Source of the DNA: the human T2T-CHM13v2.0 reference genome, Homo sapiens
NCBI RefSeq assembly: GCF_009914755.1
Contig: NC_060928.1
DNA length: 64,000 nucleotides
Strand: one strand, 5' to 3'
The number at the start of each line of letters is the position of its first letter. Position 1 is the first letter of the stretch. Below, one piece after another: positions 1 to 19,762 of the stretch. The translations under genes were made by a program, and so were the position numbers. A model generated the notes under the pieces. The model was given only the letters and a program-made list of their open reading frames with translations, searched no databases and was not told where the DNA came from.

Positions 1-188
1 TATGAACATAGGAATTCAGATTATATGGGAATACATACTAGGAGGCTATAGATATCAAAATGGTAATATTCCTCTGATTATTTGAAATTTCTTAGTGAAA
101 AAGATATCAGAGTAATCAGCTGAAAGTAGAAATAGAGGTTTGAGAGAGAGGCTAAGGTGTGAAAATTGATAAAATCAATGGTCTAGTA

Positions 189-502
189 GGCCAGCCACAG
201 TGGCTCACACCTGTAATCCCAACAGTTTGGGAGGACAAGGCAGGTGGGTCACTTGAGGCCAGGAGTTTGAGATCAGCCTGGCCAACATGGCAAAACCACA
301 CCTTTAATAAAAATACAAAAATTATCCACATGTGTTGGCATGCACCTGTAGTTGCAGCTACTCAGGATGCTGAGGCACAAGAATCGCTTGAACTTGGGAG
401 GCAGAGATTGCAGTGACCCATTATTGTGCCACTGTACTCCAGACTGTGTGACAGAGAGAGATGTGATGCTGTCTCAAAACTAACACAAAAACAAAAACAA
501 AA
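189..502 (+). mobile_element. Alu (old, AluJ-like)
   Basis: Diverged Alu dimer with A-rich tail. Confidence 0.9.
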
Positions 503-1089
503 GAATGATCTCAAAATGTATCGCGTGATGTCCTAGCAATGTGGAGAGTCCACTTGACATTCATGGTTATGATTTTAAACTGAATCTAGTAAATTTGGTT
601 TTGAGTTTTTGTTTATTTTTTTTTCTCCAGCCACATTCAGTTGCCAGAGAGCAGGCACCAAATCACTGGAGAGTGCAATTTATCCAGGATAGAATTTTGG
701 CTCTAGAAGTGTGACCAAGTGAGAGAGAACAAGAGAACTGAGAGTAAATGGCAAGGAGTGACTGAAATCACTAATCATTAATCGCCATGTGCAACAAGGT
801 GAGAGTGGGGCAAGCACACTCAAGGGGTGAAGGACAGAGAAACGTTAGTTAGTTCAGTGCATCAGAGATCCCAGAAAGATTGCTGAGGTCAGGATGGTAA
901 AACAAGTAAGCTGTAAACAGAAAGATGGTGGGCAGAAAACGGTATGCAGGGAGTTAAAATTATAAAGAGTGACAGTTATTTGTTGTAGAAAAGTCCAGGA
1001 TGGAGACATCCAATAGAAATATAGTTCGAGACACATATATAATTTTGGATTTTCTTGTAAAAATGTAGAAAGAAATAAGCAAAATTTAG

Positions 1090-1425
<336 letters not shown>

Positions 1426-1509
1426 TAAAATTTAATTTTAAGAATAGATTTCATTTGACCAAACAATCAACATAAGAATTGTTCAGGAGCTATTTTCCAT
1501 CTGTTTTAG

Positions 1510-1610
1510 TGCTTACTGTTTGAAATCTGGTGTATATTTTACACTCACATCTCGATTTGAACCTGCCACATTTCATGTGCTCAATAGCCACCTGTGGCTG
1601 GTGGCTATGG
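1510..1610. mobile_element. MER3/MER33-like DNA transposon fragment
   Basis: gtgctcaatagccacctgtggctggtggcta resembles the recalled MER3 core. Confidence 0.55.
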
Positions 1611-2429
1611 CAAAAATTCTGAGACCAGTTCTTTCCTTGAGAACTTTTAACTTGATATAACCTCTCTCCTAAAGAAAGCATTAGGTACTTTAAAGAATTC
1701 CTAAGTGAATGAGGTTGTTTTCTGTGTGCATTTGTAAATATCTAGTCAGATAACGATTGCAAAGGACAACTGAAGTAACCAAATAGTTAATAACAATTCT
1801 GGGTGTTTACAATACACAAAGCAAACACCAACCTTTACCAGGATAAACATGTTTCTCAGGCAGGACACCAAGGCAGGTGGCTAAAAAAAAAATGAAATCT
1901 ATTGGTATACACATATTGCAGTGTTGCTGAGAAATTATTATCGATGCATGAAATGGATTTAACAATCAATGAGAGAACAATGGGTCTTTACCTTCTATAA
2001 AATAAAATCTGTCCCTGGTTGGTGGCAGCAGCTGAAGGTTTGCAGGGCATGTGGTTCTTTTGAACTAGCCTTTTTAGCCTAAGATAAGGGAAAGCTTTTG
2101 CTTAAAATAAGCTACAAGGCCCCCAGGTCAGAACAATAATTTGAATTAAAAAACAAACAAACAAAAACAAGTTAAAAGCTGCCATTAATTTTGAGTTTAT
2201 TTTTATAGACTTTCTTCTTTGAACATTTTGTGGTTCTCCTACTTATCATTATTATAGTTCATCAAGTTGATAATATTTTGTCAAGTAGTTTGAATTAACT
2301 TTAAGATAATATACTCTTTTAGGAGACAAAGCAACTTCATCAGTGGCAAGCAGCTTAACAGAGTAGAGAGAATGCACAGTATTTGAAATCAGATGAGATT
2401 TGAATTCTGGCTCTATCATTTACTGACTG

Positions 2430-3346
2430 TGTAACCAAGTATGCGTATTTTCTAAAAGATAGATTAATCATTTTTTTTTCTATCTTTATTTTCTTTTCTT
2501 GTTTCCCTGGTTCCCCACTTCCTACTCAGCCCTTTAGAAATGCAAATATAGCCTTTTACCCCATTCACCAGACACTTTGTACAGGGCAAGTTCATGTAAG
2601 TATGTGCTCCAAGAGAGAGCTCTCCTCTAGAGTTAACAGTTGATTTACAAATGAAAGCATGACTGTGGCCGGGCACAGTGGCTCACGCCTGTAATCTCAG
2701 CACTTTGGGAGGTGGAGGCAGGCGGATCATGAGGTCAGGAGTTCGAGACCAGGCTGACCAACATGGTGAAACCCCATCTCTACTAAAAATACAAAAATTA
2801 GCCGGGCATGGTGATGCATGCCTATAATCCCAGTTACTCAGGAGGCTGAGGCAGGAGATTCACTTGAACCCGGGAGGCAGAGCTTGCGGTGAGCTGAGAT
2901 GGAGCCACGACACTCTAGCCTGGGCTGCAGAGCGAGACTCCGTCTCAAAACAAACAAACAAACAAAAAATAGCATGACTGTCACAGAACTCTCACTTACC
3001 AGGAGATTGCCTCAAGAGGTAACAGTCAAAAAGCATGCCTGCTGCTATCTCCTAGCTGGGGAGTTTCTGGCCTATTCCCGCCCATGAAGGTGCCAGCAGT
3101 CACCAGCTCGACTGCACAGTAGGCAAGGCACCAGAGCTAGCACATGGACCCCTCTCTTGCTCGCTTTCTCCTCTTCCTTTCAAAGTGTCTACTTTCTGCT
3201 CCAAAAGCAAAGTAGTATCCTCAGGTGGGAAGCCTGTTTTTCTTCCCCAAACTAACTTTGGAATAAATCACTTTCTTTATACCAGAAATCGGTCTTGATA
3301 ATGGGACTCTGCAAGTGGCAAGTGCCTAACCTGTATTTCAGTTACA
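2430..3346 (+). mobile_element. ERV1-type solo LTR inserted in a MIR and interrupted by an Alu
   Basis: TGTAAC...GTTACA termini, near-TSD actg/cctg, aataaa at ~3262, MIR-like flanks. Confidence 0.7.
2667..2970 (+). mobile_element. AluS
   Basis: Full Alu; TSD agcatgactgt. Confidence 0.95.
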
Positions 3347-3738
3347 CCTGTGTAACCGTGAGAAATCCCTCAACTCCTCCAACGTACTTTTTCCTTCTGT
3401 ATAATCAGGACAATAGGGTCTCATAAAGCTGTTGTAAGAATTAAGTGAGATAAGATGTAAGCTTGATACATGTTAGCAATTATTATTTTAGATTAGCCTG
3501 TGTTGTCTGGAATAACTCATATATTTTTCTTTTAAAAGGTTGATGCTAATTATAATTACAAGCCTAAATTCATAAATTTTAGGTATAAAGATGTCACATT
3601 ATTTCAATCCTCAAGTCAGGTCTTGTCTTTAGACAAGTCAGTCTTTAATTTGGCATTTACCATTATTAAGAAAACCTTTTACACAATCAAGTCAATCATG
3701 TTGTTTCATTCAGTCAGTCACAAAACTGTAGTGTTTAT

Positions 3739-4201
3739 TGTGAAAAGAAAGTAAATCCTTGGGACCCCAAATTCACTAGGCCAAAGGGAAAAGTTAAGCT
3801 TGGAAATTGAGTCACACAAGAAATTGTCTTTCCTTTTGTTTCTAAGCTGATAGCTACAGATAGAAAGCCAGATGTCTGTACGAGTAACTGCTCTATGTTT
3901 ACTTTATTTTATGTAAAGTGCAGATTTACTGAACACAAGAGAATACATAATTAACTGTTTCCCTCTACCCTCTACTTATCACATGCCACATGTGGATTCA
4001 GTAATGTTATACATGCCCTCTTTCCCCCATTGCACACTTTTCCCTGTTAAACATTGAAGCCCTCAAAATCCTCTTAGGAAAAGGCATGGCTTACAGATAG
4101 TCCTGTAGTTTTGTGTTCCTTTTTCCTGGGCATGTTGATGACATTGGCAAAATACACCTCTACATTGATTGAGACCTATCTCAGATACTTTTCAGCTTAC
4201 A
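3739..4201 (+). mobile_element. MER4-family solo LTR
   Basis: tgtgaaaagaaagtaaatccttgggaccccaaattcactagg start, TG...CA ends, ttat/ctat flanks. Confidence 0.8.
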
Positions 4202-4543
4202 CTATCATGACAAGACAAGCTATTGTGCTCTCTGGGAGATACAAAACATGCACTCTAAATGCAGAGACAAAGCAAACACTTGTCAGATAGTTTAATAAAT
4301 TCTCTGAAATCACAGAAGTTTGATTTCACGGTGCACTGATGGTGCTATGAGAAGACATCATGAGAAGGAAAGGAATTTAACCACATCTTGAAGACTTAAG
4401 GAAATCCAAGGGAGGATATCCATGTTATTTTATACCACATGAAGGCATCTTATGAAGCTGGGCTTTTTACTTGTTGCAGCAAAGAAGACCACACACAATG
4501 AACTCAAATTCCCTTTTCTGCTAACTTGAAAGACTCCTACTTC

Positions 4544-5147
4544 TGTTACCAGAAAGGGGTCCTGATCCAGACCCCAAGAGAGGGTTCTTGGACCTTGTAC
4601 AAGAAAGAATTTGGGGTGGCTCTGTAAAGTGAAAACAAGTTTATTAAGAAAGTAAAGAAATAAAGAATGGCTACTTCATAGGCAGAGCAGTGGCATGGGC
4701 TGCTCAGCTGAGTATTCTTATAGTTATTTCTTGATTATATGCTAAACAAGGAGTGGATTATTCATGCATTTTCTGGGAAAAGGGTGAACCTCTCCTTTTT
4801 AGACCATTTAGGTTAACTTCCTGATGTTGCCATGGCATTTGTAAACTGTCATGGTGCTGGTGGGAGTGTCTTTTAGCATGCTAATGCATTATAGTTAGCG
4901 TACAAGGAGGAGTGAGGATGACCGGAAGTCACTTTCAACGCCATCTTGGATTTGGAGGTTTCAGGCTGGCTCCTTTACTGCAACCAGTTTTATCAGTGAG
5001 GTCTTTATAACCTGTATCTTGTGCCTCCTATCTCATCTTGTGACTAAGAATGCCTAACCTATTGAGAATGCAGCCCAGCAGATCTCAGCCTTATTTTACT
5101 TAGTCCCTATTCAAGATGAGGTCACTCTGGTTCAAATACCTCTGACA
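4544..5147 (-). mobile_element. MER41 solo LTR (MER41B-like)
   Basis: Reverse strand begins tgtcagaggtatttgaaccagagtgacctcatcttgaataggg and ends ...ctctcttggggtctggatcaggacccctttctggtaaca. Confidence 0.88.
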
Positions 5148-5265
5148 TCTCCAGTGAAAATTCTAGTCCCACTTTTTCCATCTGCCTCCTGGATGAAAAT
5201 TACAATACCCAATCACCAGTCACTATCTGTTGCATATCATCGTGCTTCTTCTTGTATTTTATTTT

Positions 5266-5296
5266 ATTTTATTTTATTTTATTTTATTTTATTTTA
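5266..5296. repeat. (ATTTT)n microsatellite
   Basis: Direct reading. Confidence 0.85.
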
Positions 5297-5656
5297 CCAA
5301 GTTTGCACAGTAAAGGTCATTTCCAGATAAGTCATCAAGATTCTAATGTGAGTTAGGCAGTGTTTCAGATATCTAGCAGAGGACTTCTCAAATTATGTTC
5401 TATATAATACCAGTTCATTGATAAATTTCTTTGATTTTTTAAACGTCACCTAAATTTGAGAGTCACCGTGCACTTTGGCAACTTTAAAGGTTTTAAGAAG
5501 CTTTGAAGGATCTATATTGGCTTGTGTACAGCCAGCCTTTGATTACAGAAACTTTCCTTTATTACCCCTAATAAATCAATGGCAGAAATTCTGTTTCAGA
5601 CCACTTACTAAAGTGCTGAGTTAAAACTGCAGCATATTAATAAAACTTCTTAGGGA

Positions 5657-5743
5657 ATTTAGGCACATCATAATTCTCAATCTGTTGATGAGAATAGATA
5701 TTAAGGCACAATCTATTGATTGAGAATTATGATGTGCCTAAAT
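5657..5743. repeat. Perfect 26-bp inverted repeat
   Basis: atttaggcacatcataattctcaatc (5657-5682) / gattgagaattatgatgtgcctaaat (5718-5743). Confidence 0.95.
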
Positions 5744-7521
5744 ATCAATTGAGATTAGTGTCCAACTCACTGACATTCTAGGTAGTCTTATATTAGAATG
5801 AAGGGATTTTCTCTTTCCCAGGGCTGCTTGTGATATTCCTGAAAACTAGTTTATTTTTATTTTAGTGGGACTGTAGATTATCTACTTATGTAATTTCCTT
5901 CTTTGTGTTGGCTGCCAGAAAACTTGGGGCCAAATTTGGACCCATGTCTAACAACTCTCGTGATTCTTACAGATCATGTTGTAATCATCTCATTCACGGC
6001 TTAATAATATTTTACTACATGCATTTTTCTTTTGCCCCATTCTCCCTATCTTCCTGTTTTTAGCTGCATTTTTTCATGCCCATTGAATGTATATTTTAAA
6101 TTTTTTAAAGTTTTTTTTTCTTTTGGAGCTAATAATAATATTTTATCCAACTGTCTTGTAAGCATTTTGTTTAATGAAAGAAGTTTTGAAACGTAAGGGA
6201 ATGATCATTGCACTGTTGAAGTCATGAGACTTTTAAATGGCTTTGTTCCAATTTCACCTCTAATTAGCTGATGCACTCAGGCAATATTTTGAAATTCTCT
6301 GGACTTCCGTTTCCCATCTGTGAAGTGAGTCAGAAATAGACAGCCTTGGTTAAAGATTACAGACCAAGTCATTTTGGCAGGCGATTTAATGCAACTTCTG
6401 CCAGCTGTAGAAAAAGAGTAGAAAGAGATGGGGCTAGCTTCAGTCAGACATGAGGAAGAAACAGGGCTAGGCTAAGATATGTGGGCAATTAGAGTTAGCT
6501 AACAATTTGGTTGCCATTCAAATACATATTATCTTACAGATTTGTTTGTTTGGTAGAAGAAGAAAAATTTTTATTTAATTAGAATTCTTTTTAAAAACAG
6601 ACTTATTCCTAGTATCTGAAGTGAAATGAATAGATAGAAAAAATTCAAAAATGGCATCTATATTATTATTTCTGGTTTAAACATTTTTTTCTGAAACCAG
6701 CATAAAAAAGGGTTGAAAAATTACATGTTGAAAATAACTTGTTCCCATTAAATGGAAATATTTTTGCGTGCTTTTGTTTAAGAATTTTAGCCAACTGTGT
6801 TGCACATGCTTATGAGAAGAATGTTCTACTGCAGTAGGTCAGAGCTAATGAGGAGTTTTCCTCCATCCTCCCAGTCTTGAGAGTGCTTCTATGTTGGCAA
6901 AAGAAAGCTCCATTACGTTTCACCGGTGATACAAGAAGATATGCATTTGTTTATATGCATGTCATCACCTGGTACTTTTCTAACTTCTGTTCTAAGCAAA
7001 TGAGAAAAGAACACAGGTGAGTTTCATAGGTATATGACTGTTCACATCAAGCAAATGCTGGATGTTATCACTATGTGCTATTGGAACAGATGTTTTAGGA
7101 TTGTATGAATAGACAAAGAGCTCAAGAAATTGAGGCATCACACGGCTCCGTCATTGTAGACCAGCAAGACTCGGAAAACCTGTGTTAAAACACTTGTAAA
7201 TAGTCACACTGTGGCAGATACCTCAGTTTCAACAGAACATTAAATTAGATTTGTAAATTTAAACATGTTTAACATATTATTTTATTTTGTATGTTTTTAT
7301 AAATTTGTCTTGGAATTAAAATTCTGTAAAAGGTACATGCATCTTTATATCTGATCTTACGTTCACCCAGATCTGTGCCTGGCTGATTCCTCACCATTTG
7401 GTTTCCATTGGTGTCTCCCTCTCAGAGGAGTTTGCCTTCACCTTCCTTCTCTGCTATTCCCTGTTCCATGACCCTGCTTTATTTTTTTTCATAGCCCTAA
7501 TTGTGATATAAAATCATTTTA

Positions 7522-8611
7522 TATTGGGGGAGCCAGCCCCCAATATTTCAACGTAGGTTATTTTCTATTTTCCTTAAGTGTCGGTCGGTCTGAGAAATAA
7601 AGAGAAGGAGTACAAAAGAAAGAAATTTTACAGCTGGGCCTCGAGGGTGACATCACCTATTGGTAGGTTCCATGATGCCCCTGAGCTGCAAAACCAGCAA
7701 GTTTTTATTAGGGATTTCAAAAGGGGAAGGGGGTACGAACAGGGCATAAGTCTCAAAGATCACATGCTTCAAAGGGCAATAAAAGATCACAAGGGAAGAC
7801 AGGCAGAGCAAGATCACAAGGCCAGGGCGAAATTAGAATTACTGACGAGGTTCCATGTCCTGCTGGGCACATATTGTCTTAATAAACATCTTAACAGGAA
7901 ACAGGATTCAAGAGCAGACAACCAGTCTGACTAGAATTCACCAGACTGGAATTTCCTAATCCTAGCAAGCCTGAGGGCACTGCAGGAGACCAGGGCATAT
8001 TTCATCCCTTATCTTCAACCGCATAAGGCAAACACTCCCAGAGCAGCTGTCCATAGACCTATTCCTGGGAATGCATTCCTTCTCCAGGGTTATTCCTTGC
8101 TAGGAAAAGAATTCAATGATATTTCTCCTATTTGCTTTCTACAAGAAGAAAAATATGACTCTGTTCTGCCCGGCCCTGTAGGCAGTCAGATCTTATGGTT
8201 ATCTCCCTTGTCCCCTGAAAATCGCTGTTATCCTATTCTTTTTGAGGGTGCCCAGATTTCATATTGTTCAAACACACATGCTTTACAAACAATTTGTACA
8301 GTTAATGCAATCATCGCACGGTCCTGAGGCGACATACATCCTCAGCTTATGAAGATGATGGGATTAAGAGATTAAAGTAAAGAAAGGCATAGGAAATTAT
8401 AAGAGTATTGATTGGGGAAGTGATAAATGTCCATGAAATCTTCATAATTTATGTTCAGAGATAAACGTAAGAAACGTGAGAGACAGGCGTAAGAAATTGC
8501 AAAAGTATTAATTTGGGGAACTATTAAATGTCCATGAAATCTTCATGATTTCTGTTCTTCTGCTGCGGCTTCAACAGTCCTTCCATTCAGGGTCCCTGAC
8601 TTCCTGCAACA
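7522..8611 (-). mobile_element. MER11 solo LTR (HERV-K HML-8)
   Basis: Reverse strand begins tgttgcaggaagtcagggaccc; 6-bp near-TSD atttta/atctta. Confidence 0.9.
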
Positions 8612-8640
8612 ATCTTATTTTCTAATTTTGTTCAAATTTC

Positions 8641-9043
8641 TTTTTGTTTTCTTTCTTTTTTGAATTATTATACTTCATGTTCTGGGATACATGTGCAGAA
8701 CGTGCACATTTATTACACAGGTATACACGTGCTATGGTGGTTTGCTTCACCTATCAACCTGTCAGCTACATCAGGTATTTCTCCTAATGCTATCTCTCCT
8801 CTAGTCCCAAACCACATGACAGGCCCCAGTGTGTGATGTTTCCCTACCTGTGTCCATCTGTTCTCATTGTTCAACTCCCACTTATGAGTGAGAATATGTG
8901 GTGTCTGGTTATCTGTTCCTGTGTTAGTTTGCTGAAAATGATGGTTTCCAGCTTCATCCATGTCCCAGCAAAGGACATGAATTAATCTCTTTTTATGGCT
9001 GCATAGTATTCCATGATGTATATGCGCCACATTTTCTTTATCC
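8641..9043 (-). mobile_element. L1PA 3' end (older, L1PA7/8-like), 5'-truncated
   Basis: T-rich tail followed by reverse L1 3'UTR and end of ORF2. Confidence 0.88.
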
Positions 9044-14112
<5,069 letters not shown>

Positions 14113-14207
14113 GAACAAAGTCTTGTTGAACGACCAAGGAGGAAGAAATTTTCCTTTTTGAGGATATCATGGAAAGCATCCCAGAAGAAGTCTATTTGAA
14201 ATGTTTC

Positions 14208-14513
<306 letters not shown>

Positions 14514-14801
14514 TGAAATGTTTCTTAAAGAATGAGTGAGAGTTCAAGAGGTGGAGAGGTGGAGAGGTCACTGTAAGCATGGAAAATTTAAAGATTTCAG
14601 GACTTAGTTCCTATGCTCTAGATTTATCACTAGGTGTTTGTGTGGGAAGTCATGGGAAATGAGATCTGAAAATTATACAGTCTGCTGTAAATGTGTGAAC
14701 TCTTGAGTTTTCTGCTAATAAGTTTGGGTAGTATGCAGATTTTGTTGATCATTTAAAGAAATCAATGTAACATGCTAGCATCAGAATCTGCTTCCCCCTT
14801 C

Positions 14802-15895
14802 TATCGGGGGAACCCACCCCCAATATTTCAACGTAGGTTCTGTCTATTTTCCATAAGTGTCGGCCAGCTGAGAAATAAAGAGAGACAGTATAAAGAGAGG
14901 AATTTTACAACTGGGCAGCTGGGGGTGGCATCACATATCAGTAGGACCATGATGCCCACCTGAGGCTCAAAACCAGCAAGTTTTTATTAAAGGTTTTAAA
15001 TGGGGAGGGGGTATAAGAACAGGGAGTAGGTACAAAGATCACATGCTTCAAAGGGCAAAAGGCAGAACTACTAATAAGGGTCTAACAAAGATCACATGCT
15101 TCTGAGGGAACAGGACAAAGGGCAAAAGCAGAACTACTGGTAAGGGTCCAACAAAGATCACAAGGCAAAGGGAAAAAGCAGAACTACTGATAAAGTCTAT
15201 GTTCAGTGGTGCACATATTGTCTTGATAAACATCTTAAACAACAGAAAGCAGGGTTCAAGAGCACAGAACCAGTCTGACCACAAATTTACCAGGGCGGAG
15301 TTTTCCCCACTCTAGTAAGCCTGAGGGTACTGGAGACCAGGGTGTATCTCAGTCCTTATCTCAACCACATAAGACAGACATTCCCAGAACAGCTGTTTAT
15401 AGATCTCCCCCCACGAATGCATTCCTTTCCCAGGGTATTAATACTAATATTAATATTCCTTGCTAGGAAAATAATTTAGTGATATCTTCCCTACTTGCAT
15501 GTCCCTTTATGGGCTCTCTGCAAGAAGAAAAATGTGGCTCTTTTTGCCTGACCCCACAGGTAGTCAGACCTTATGGTTGTCTTCCCTTGTTCCCTAAAAA
15601 TTGCTGTTATTCTGTTGTTTTTCAAGGTGCACTGATTTCATATTGTTCAAACACACGTTTTACAATCAATTTGTACAGTTAACACAATTATCACAGAGGT
15701 CCTGAGGTGACGTATCTCCTCAGCTTAGGAAGATAACAGGATAAAAGATTAAAGTAAAGACAGGTGTAAGAAATTATAAAAGTATTATTTGGGAACTGAT
15801 AAATGTCCTTATTAAAATGAAATCTTCACAATTTATGTTCCTCTGCTGCAGCTCCAGCTGGTCCCTCCATTTGGGTTCCCTGACTTCCCGCAACA
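14802..15895 (-). mobile_element. MER11 solo LTR (MER11A-like)
   Basis: Reverse strand begins tgttgcgggaagtcagggaaccc; perfect 6-bp TSD cccttc. Confidence 0.92.
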
Positions 15896-18161
15896 CCCTT
15901 CCCTTTTAAAGAACAGATGTTTCTATTTTGCAATTTTTTCTGACTTGTGAACTACCTTTAATAGTATTTTTAGTATTTAGTATTTACTTTAATAGTAATA
16001 ATATGAATTCTATAAAATTATTGCTATTTAACCATTCCAACCTACAAAAGCATCAATTTCATATGGTTCAAACTGTATATTATGAGAATAATACCTAAAC
16101 TTTAAATAATTTTTTTATAATACCTAAACTTTTAAAATCATTTTAATGTTTTTTATGTAGTTGATAATAAAATATGCTACTTAGTACTTTTAAAAAATTA
16201 TATAATACATTATGATTGTATTATAAAGTTTATTTAATATAATTTATACTATTAAAATAGTTGGTAACCTCTTCTTATTTACAAATAGAACACTTGCTTT
16301 TAAAAATACTATTAAATTATATAAAGAAAAGCATTTCTTTTCAAATTTTCAATGATAATATATCATGTTGAACTAGGAAAAAATGAATGTTAACGTGTTT
16401 ATATACCAAAATATGGCCAAAAAATAGTTTTCATAACCTCATGTCTGAAATTGCTGGAACTTATTTAGAATCTCATTGGAATTATTTTTATTAAAATGTT
16501 AATGATTTTTAATAAATAAAGAAATAAAATTTATCTGTAGGCATTTCTCCAAAGCCCAGGATGAGAAAGGGTCTCCTGGTTCCTGGTTCCTTTGTGATGT
16601 GTTCCATGTGAGAGGCAGGCCAGTTTCCTTAACTGTAAGAGTGTTTAGTGTAACCTTATCTACATACATCTTCCAAGAATGTCATTTATTTTTCCCTTGA
16701 AAACCAGTCATCCTAAATCCACAGAGATAAATGAAGTAGTCCTTTCACTGGTCCATAATTTCTTCCCTTGAAATTGGTGCCCTAAGTTTGTTTTCTGCTT
16801 TTTCTCAAGCCTGCCATAATTACAACTGAGCAAAGGTTAGTTGTTGATGGCTGTTTCTGAGTTTTATCAAAGAGACTTTGAAAACCTCCTAAGTGTGTGA
16901 CTAAATTTAAATCCTAGCTAAGGAATTTTAATTCCGTTCAGACTCCCATCTATGGGAATCAAAGAAAACGTTAGAACAACAAAACAAGGACAAGAAAAAA
17001 GCTACTTCACAGCACAAATGGCAATTTATCTTGTCAACTAAAGTTTATTGAATGGCTGCTATGTTTACAGATGCTTCTTGGCTTAGAAAGGAAAAAATCT
17101 GTTAAAAAAAGTAATTATTCAATTCCTAAATATATTATAGCTCCTGATGAACAAGAGCTGTATGTATTAGATTGGCTTCTGCATAAGAAAGTCTGAGCCC
17201 GAGATAAGGATTTGGGGGATGGGGATTTATCTGGGAGATGTTCCCAGAAAGTAGTGAGGGACTAAGGAAGTTGAGACAGGAAAAGAGCCATAAATAAATT
17301 ATTGAGGTCAATGTCAGGAGCAACTGTGGGTTGCTCTGGGCTATTTGAAGAAGGGTGCAGAATCCTTTCAGAATTCCCCTACTGAGTCAGCATTTCTGTG
17401 TCTGCCACAATCTACCACTGTTGAGTAAGGAAAAGAGTGGGAAATTGCATTGGCAGACAGGAAGATGTTGCAGCAGTTTTAAGCTGTGAAGGGTAGATGG
17501 AAAAAGAAAAGTTAACATCTTATGGAAGAGCACATGTGGTGCTTTGTAGAAAGAAATATTGTGATGGCTGAAGGGATGATCTTTATAAACTCCTATTCAC
17601 GTTCAGAGTTTAGCTCAATGCAAGTTCCTGCTAATTCTCATTGCTCTACCCTCGCAGGCTCACTCTTTTCTGCACCCTAACCTTAGAAATCAAGAGGAAA
17701 GACCTAGAGACAAAGATTTTTGTTATAATGCTTTATATCTGATTTTCATATTCTTTTACTACATGTCTGAAAAAGAAAGTTGCTATATCTCTTAGCTTTC
17801 TAGTATTTTTACTTCTGAATATAGATTAGATGGTTTCTAGGGTAACTTTTAGGCCCAGAATTAGTTACGATTTGCATCTTCTTAAACATGCTCATCTACC
17901 AGTGTTGCCTCCAGCATCTTCCTTCTCTAAGCCATGTGTGCACAGAATTATGTGCATATGGAAATAGAGTGGGTTTAGAAGGTTACTGCAGATCATTGCC
18001 TGTACCCGTAGAATCTCCTCTCTTGATCTGTTAAATGTCTGAGGTTCTATTGCATTGTATTATTTGAGTTAAAGTATATTTCCAGAAAGTCTGTGTAAAA
18101 TATTCAATATATAAATAAATAGGGAGCTGTAGATACTATAGTCATAGAAATTCTAAATCTG

Positions 18162-18318
18162 AGCCTAGGAGCAGTGGCTCATGCCTGTAATTCCAGCATT
18201 TTGGGAGGCTGGGATGGGTGGATTGCTTGAGGCCAGAAGTTCAAGACCAGCCTGGTCAACATAGTGAAACCCCATCTCTAAAAATAAAAATAAAAATAAA
18301 AATAAAAATAAGAAATAA
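18162..18318 (+). mobile_element. FLAM / free left Alu monomer
   Basis: Monomer + (AAAAAT)n tail; TSD aaattctaaat. Confidence 0.85.
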
Positions 18319-19471
18319 ATTCTAAATGTGATTATAAATAAAAGTTTCCTAATTAGATTATCATCAGATGGACAAATTGGGTTCGAAGTGGCAAAATTTA
18401 AGTATTGGCAAATGATGACCAGAATATAACTAGTAATACATTTGATAATGCTATTGCAAAAAATAATGAGGATGTGTGTGTATGGGGGCCTTCCACTGTA
18501 GTTACTCTCCTGGATGAAGAAAATAAGTTATTTTTAGATTAGCTTGCAGTTTCTCTGATGCCCCAAAGTCAAGTCTTTCAATGATCAGTTCTTGTGATGT
18601 AAAAGCAAATATTGAATTGATACTACTACTTAAGAGTGAAATGTCATTTCTTTAAAAAATTTTTTGTTTCTAAAATATCTATTTTTTCCAATTCATAGGA
18701 AAATTTGTTTCCTTATTTGTTTTACTAGTATGTTGACCAATAAGTGAAGGAAACTTCTCAGCTCAAAAGGCTTAAAGAGAGTGGAATAAATTATTTAGCA
18801 TTATTCTCTGTAAACACGTACCCAGTTGAACAACTATGTAGAGAAAGAGGGGCTGTTAACTGTTCTCTGCTTCCAAACACTCTAAGCCAGGACACCAGGA
18901 AAAGCAACAGTGACTCCACCGCTCTCTCAGGTAAGGTCCCTATCCAGTGTGTAGGCAATTTCCAGGATCATTCATAAAAACTCAAGGGAAATGTGACAGG
19001 TATAGCATATAGTTTTGATGATTTTCAAGTTCAATTATAACATGGCATTTGCATGTTGTTTATCTTTCTGTACTAGATATATAATTTATTATTCAGTAAT
19101 AAAATCAAGATTTTAACCTGGGTCAGGATCTTGAAGATTATAATCAGCTTAAACACTTTCTATTTTGGTGAGGAAATTGATATGTACAGAAATTCAGTCA
19201 GTTTTTCTCATATTACAAGGTAGTCGTAGAGCCAAGACTAGAAATCAGGTTTCTGACTTCCAATGACTTTGGCTAATTAGACAAAATTCCATCATGGTAG
19301 ATGATTAAATAAAGGCTAAGTGCTGTTTCTGCCTGTAGTTCTTAGTGAGTAGCAGTGGCATGCTAAGGATAAGGCCATGAAGCTTCTATCCTGGCTTAAT
19401 TGTTCTCGGGGCAATTGTTTAGAGCTTAGATTAATAAATGATGTTTCAAGGAAGAATATTTTTATCACTGA

Positions 19472-19762
<291 letters not shown>

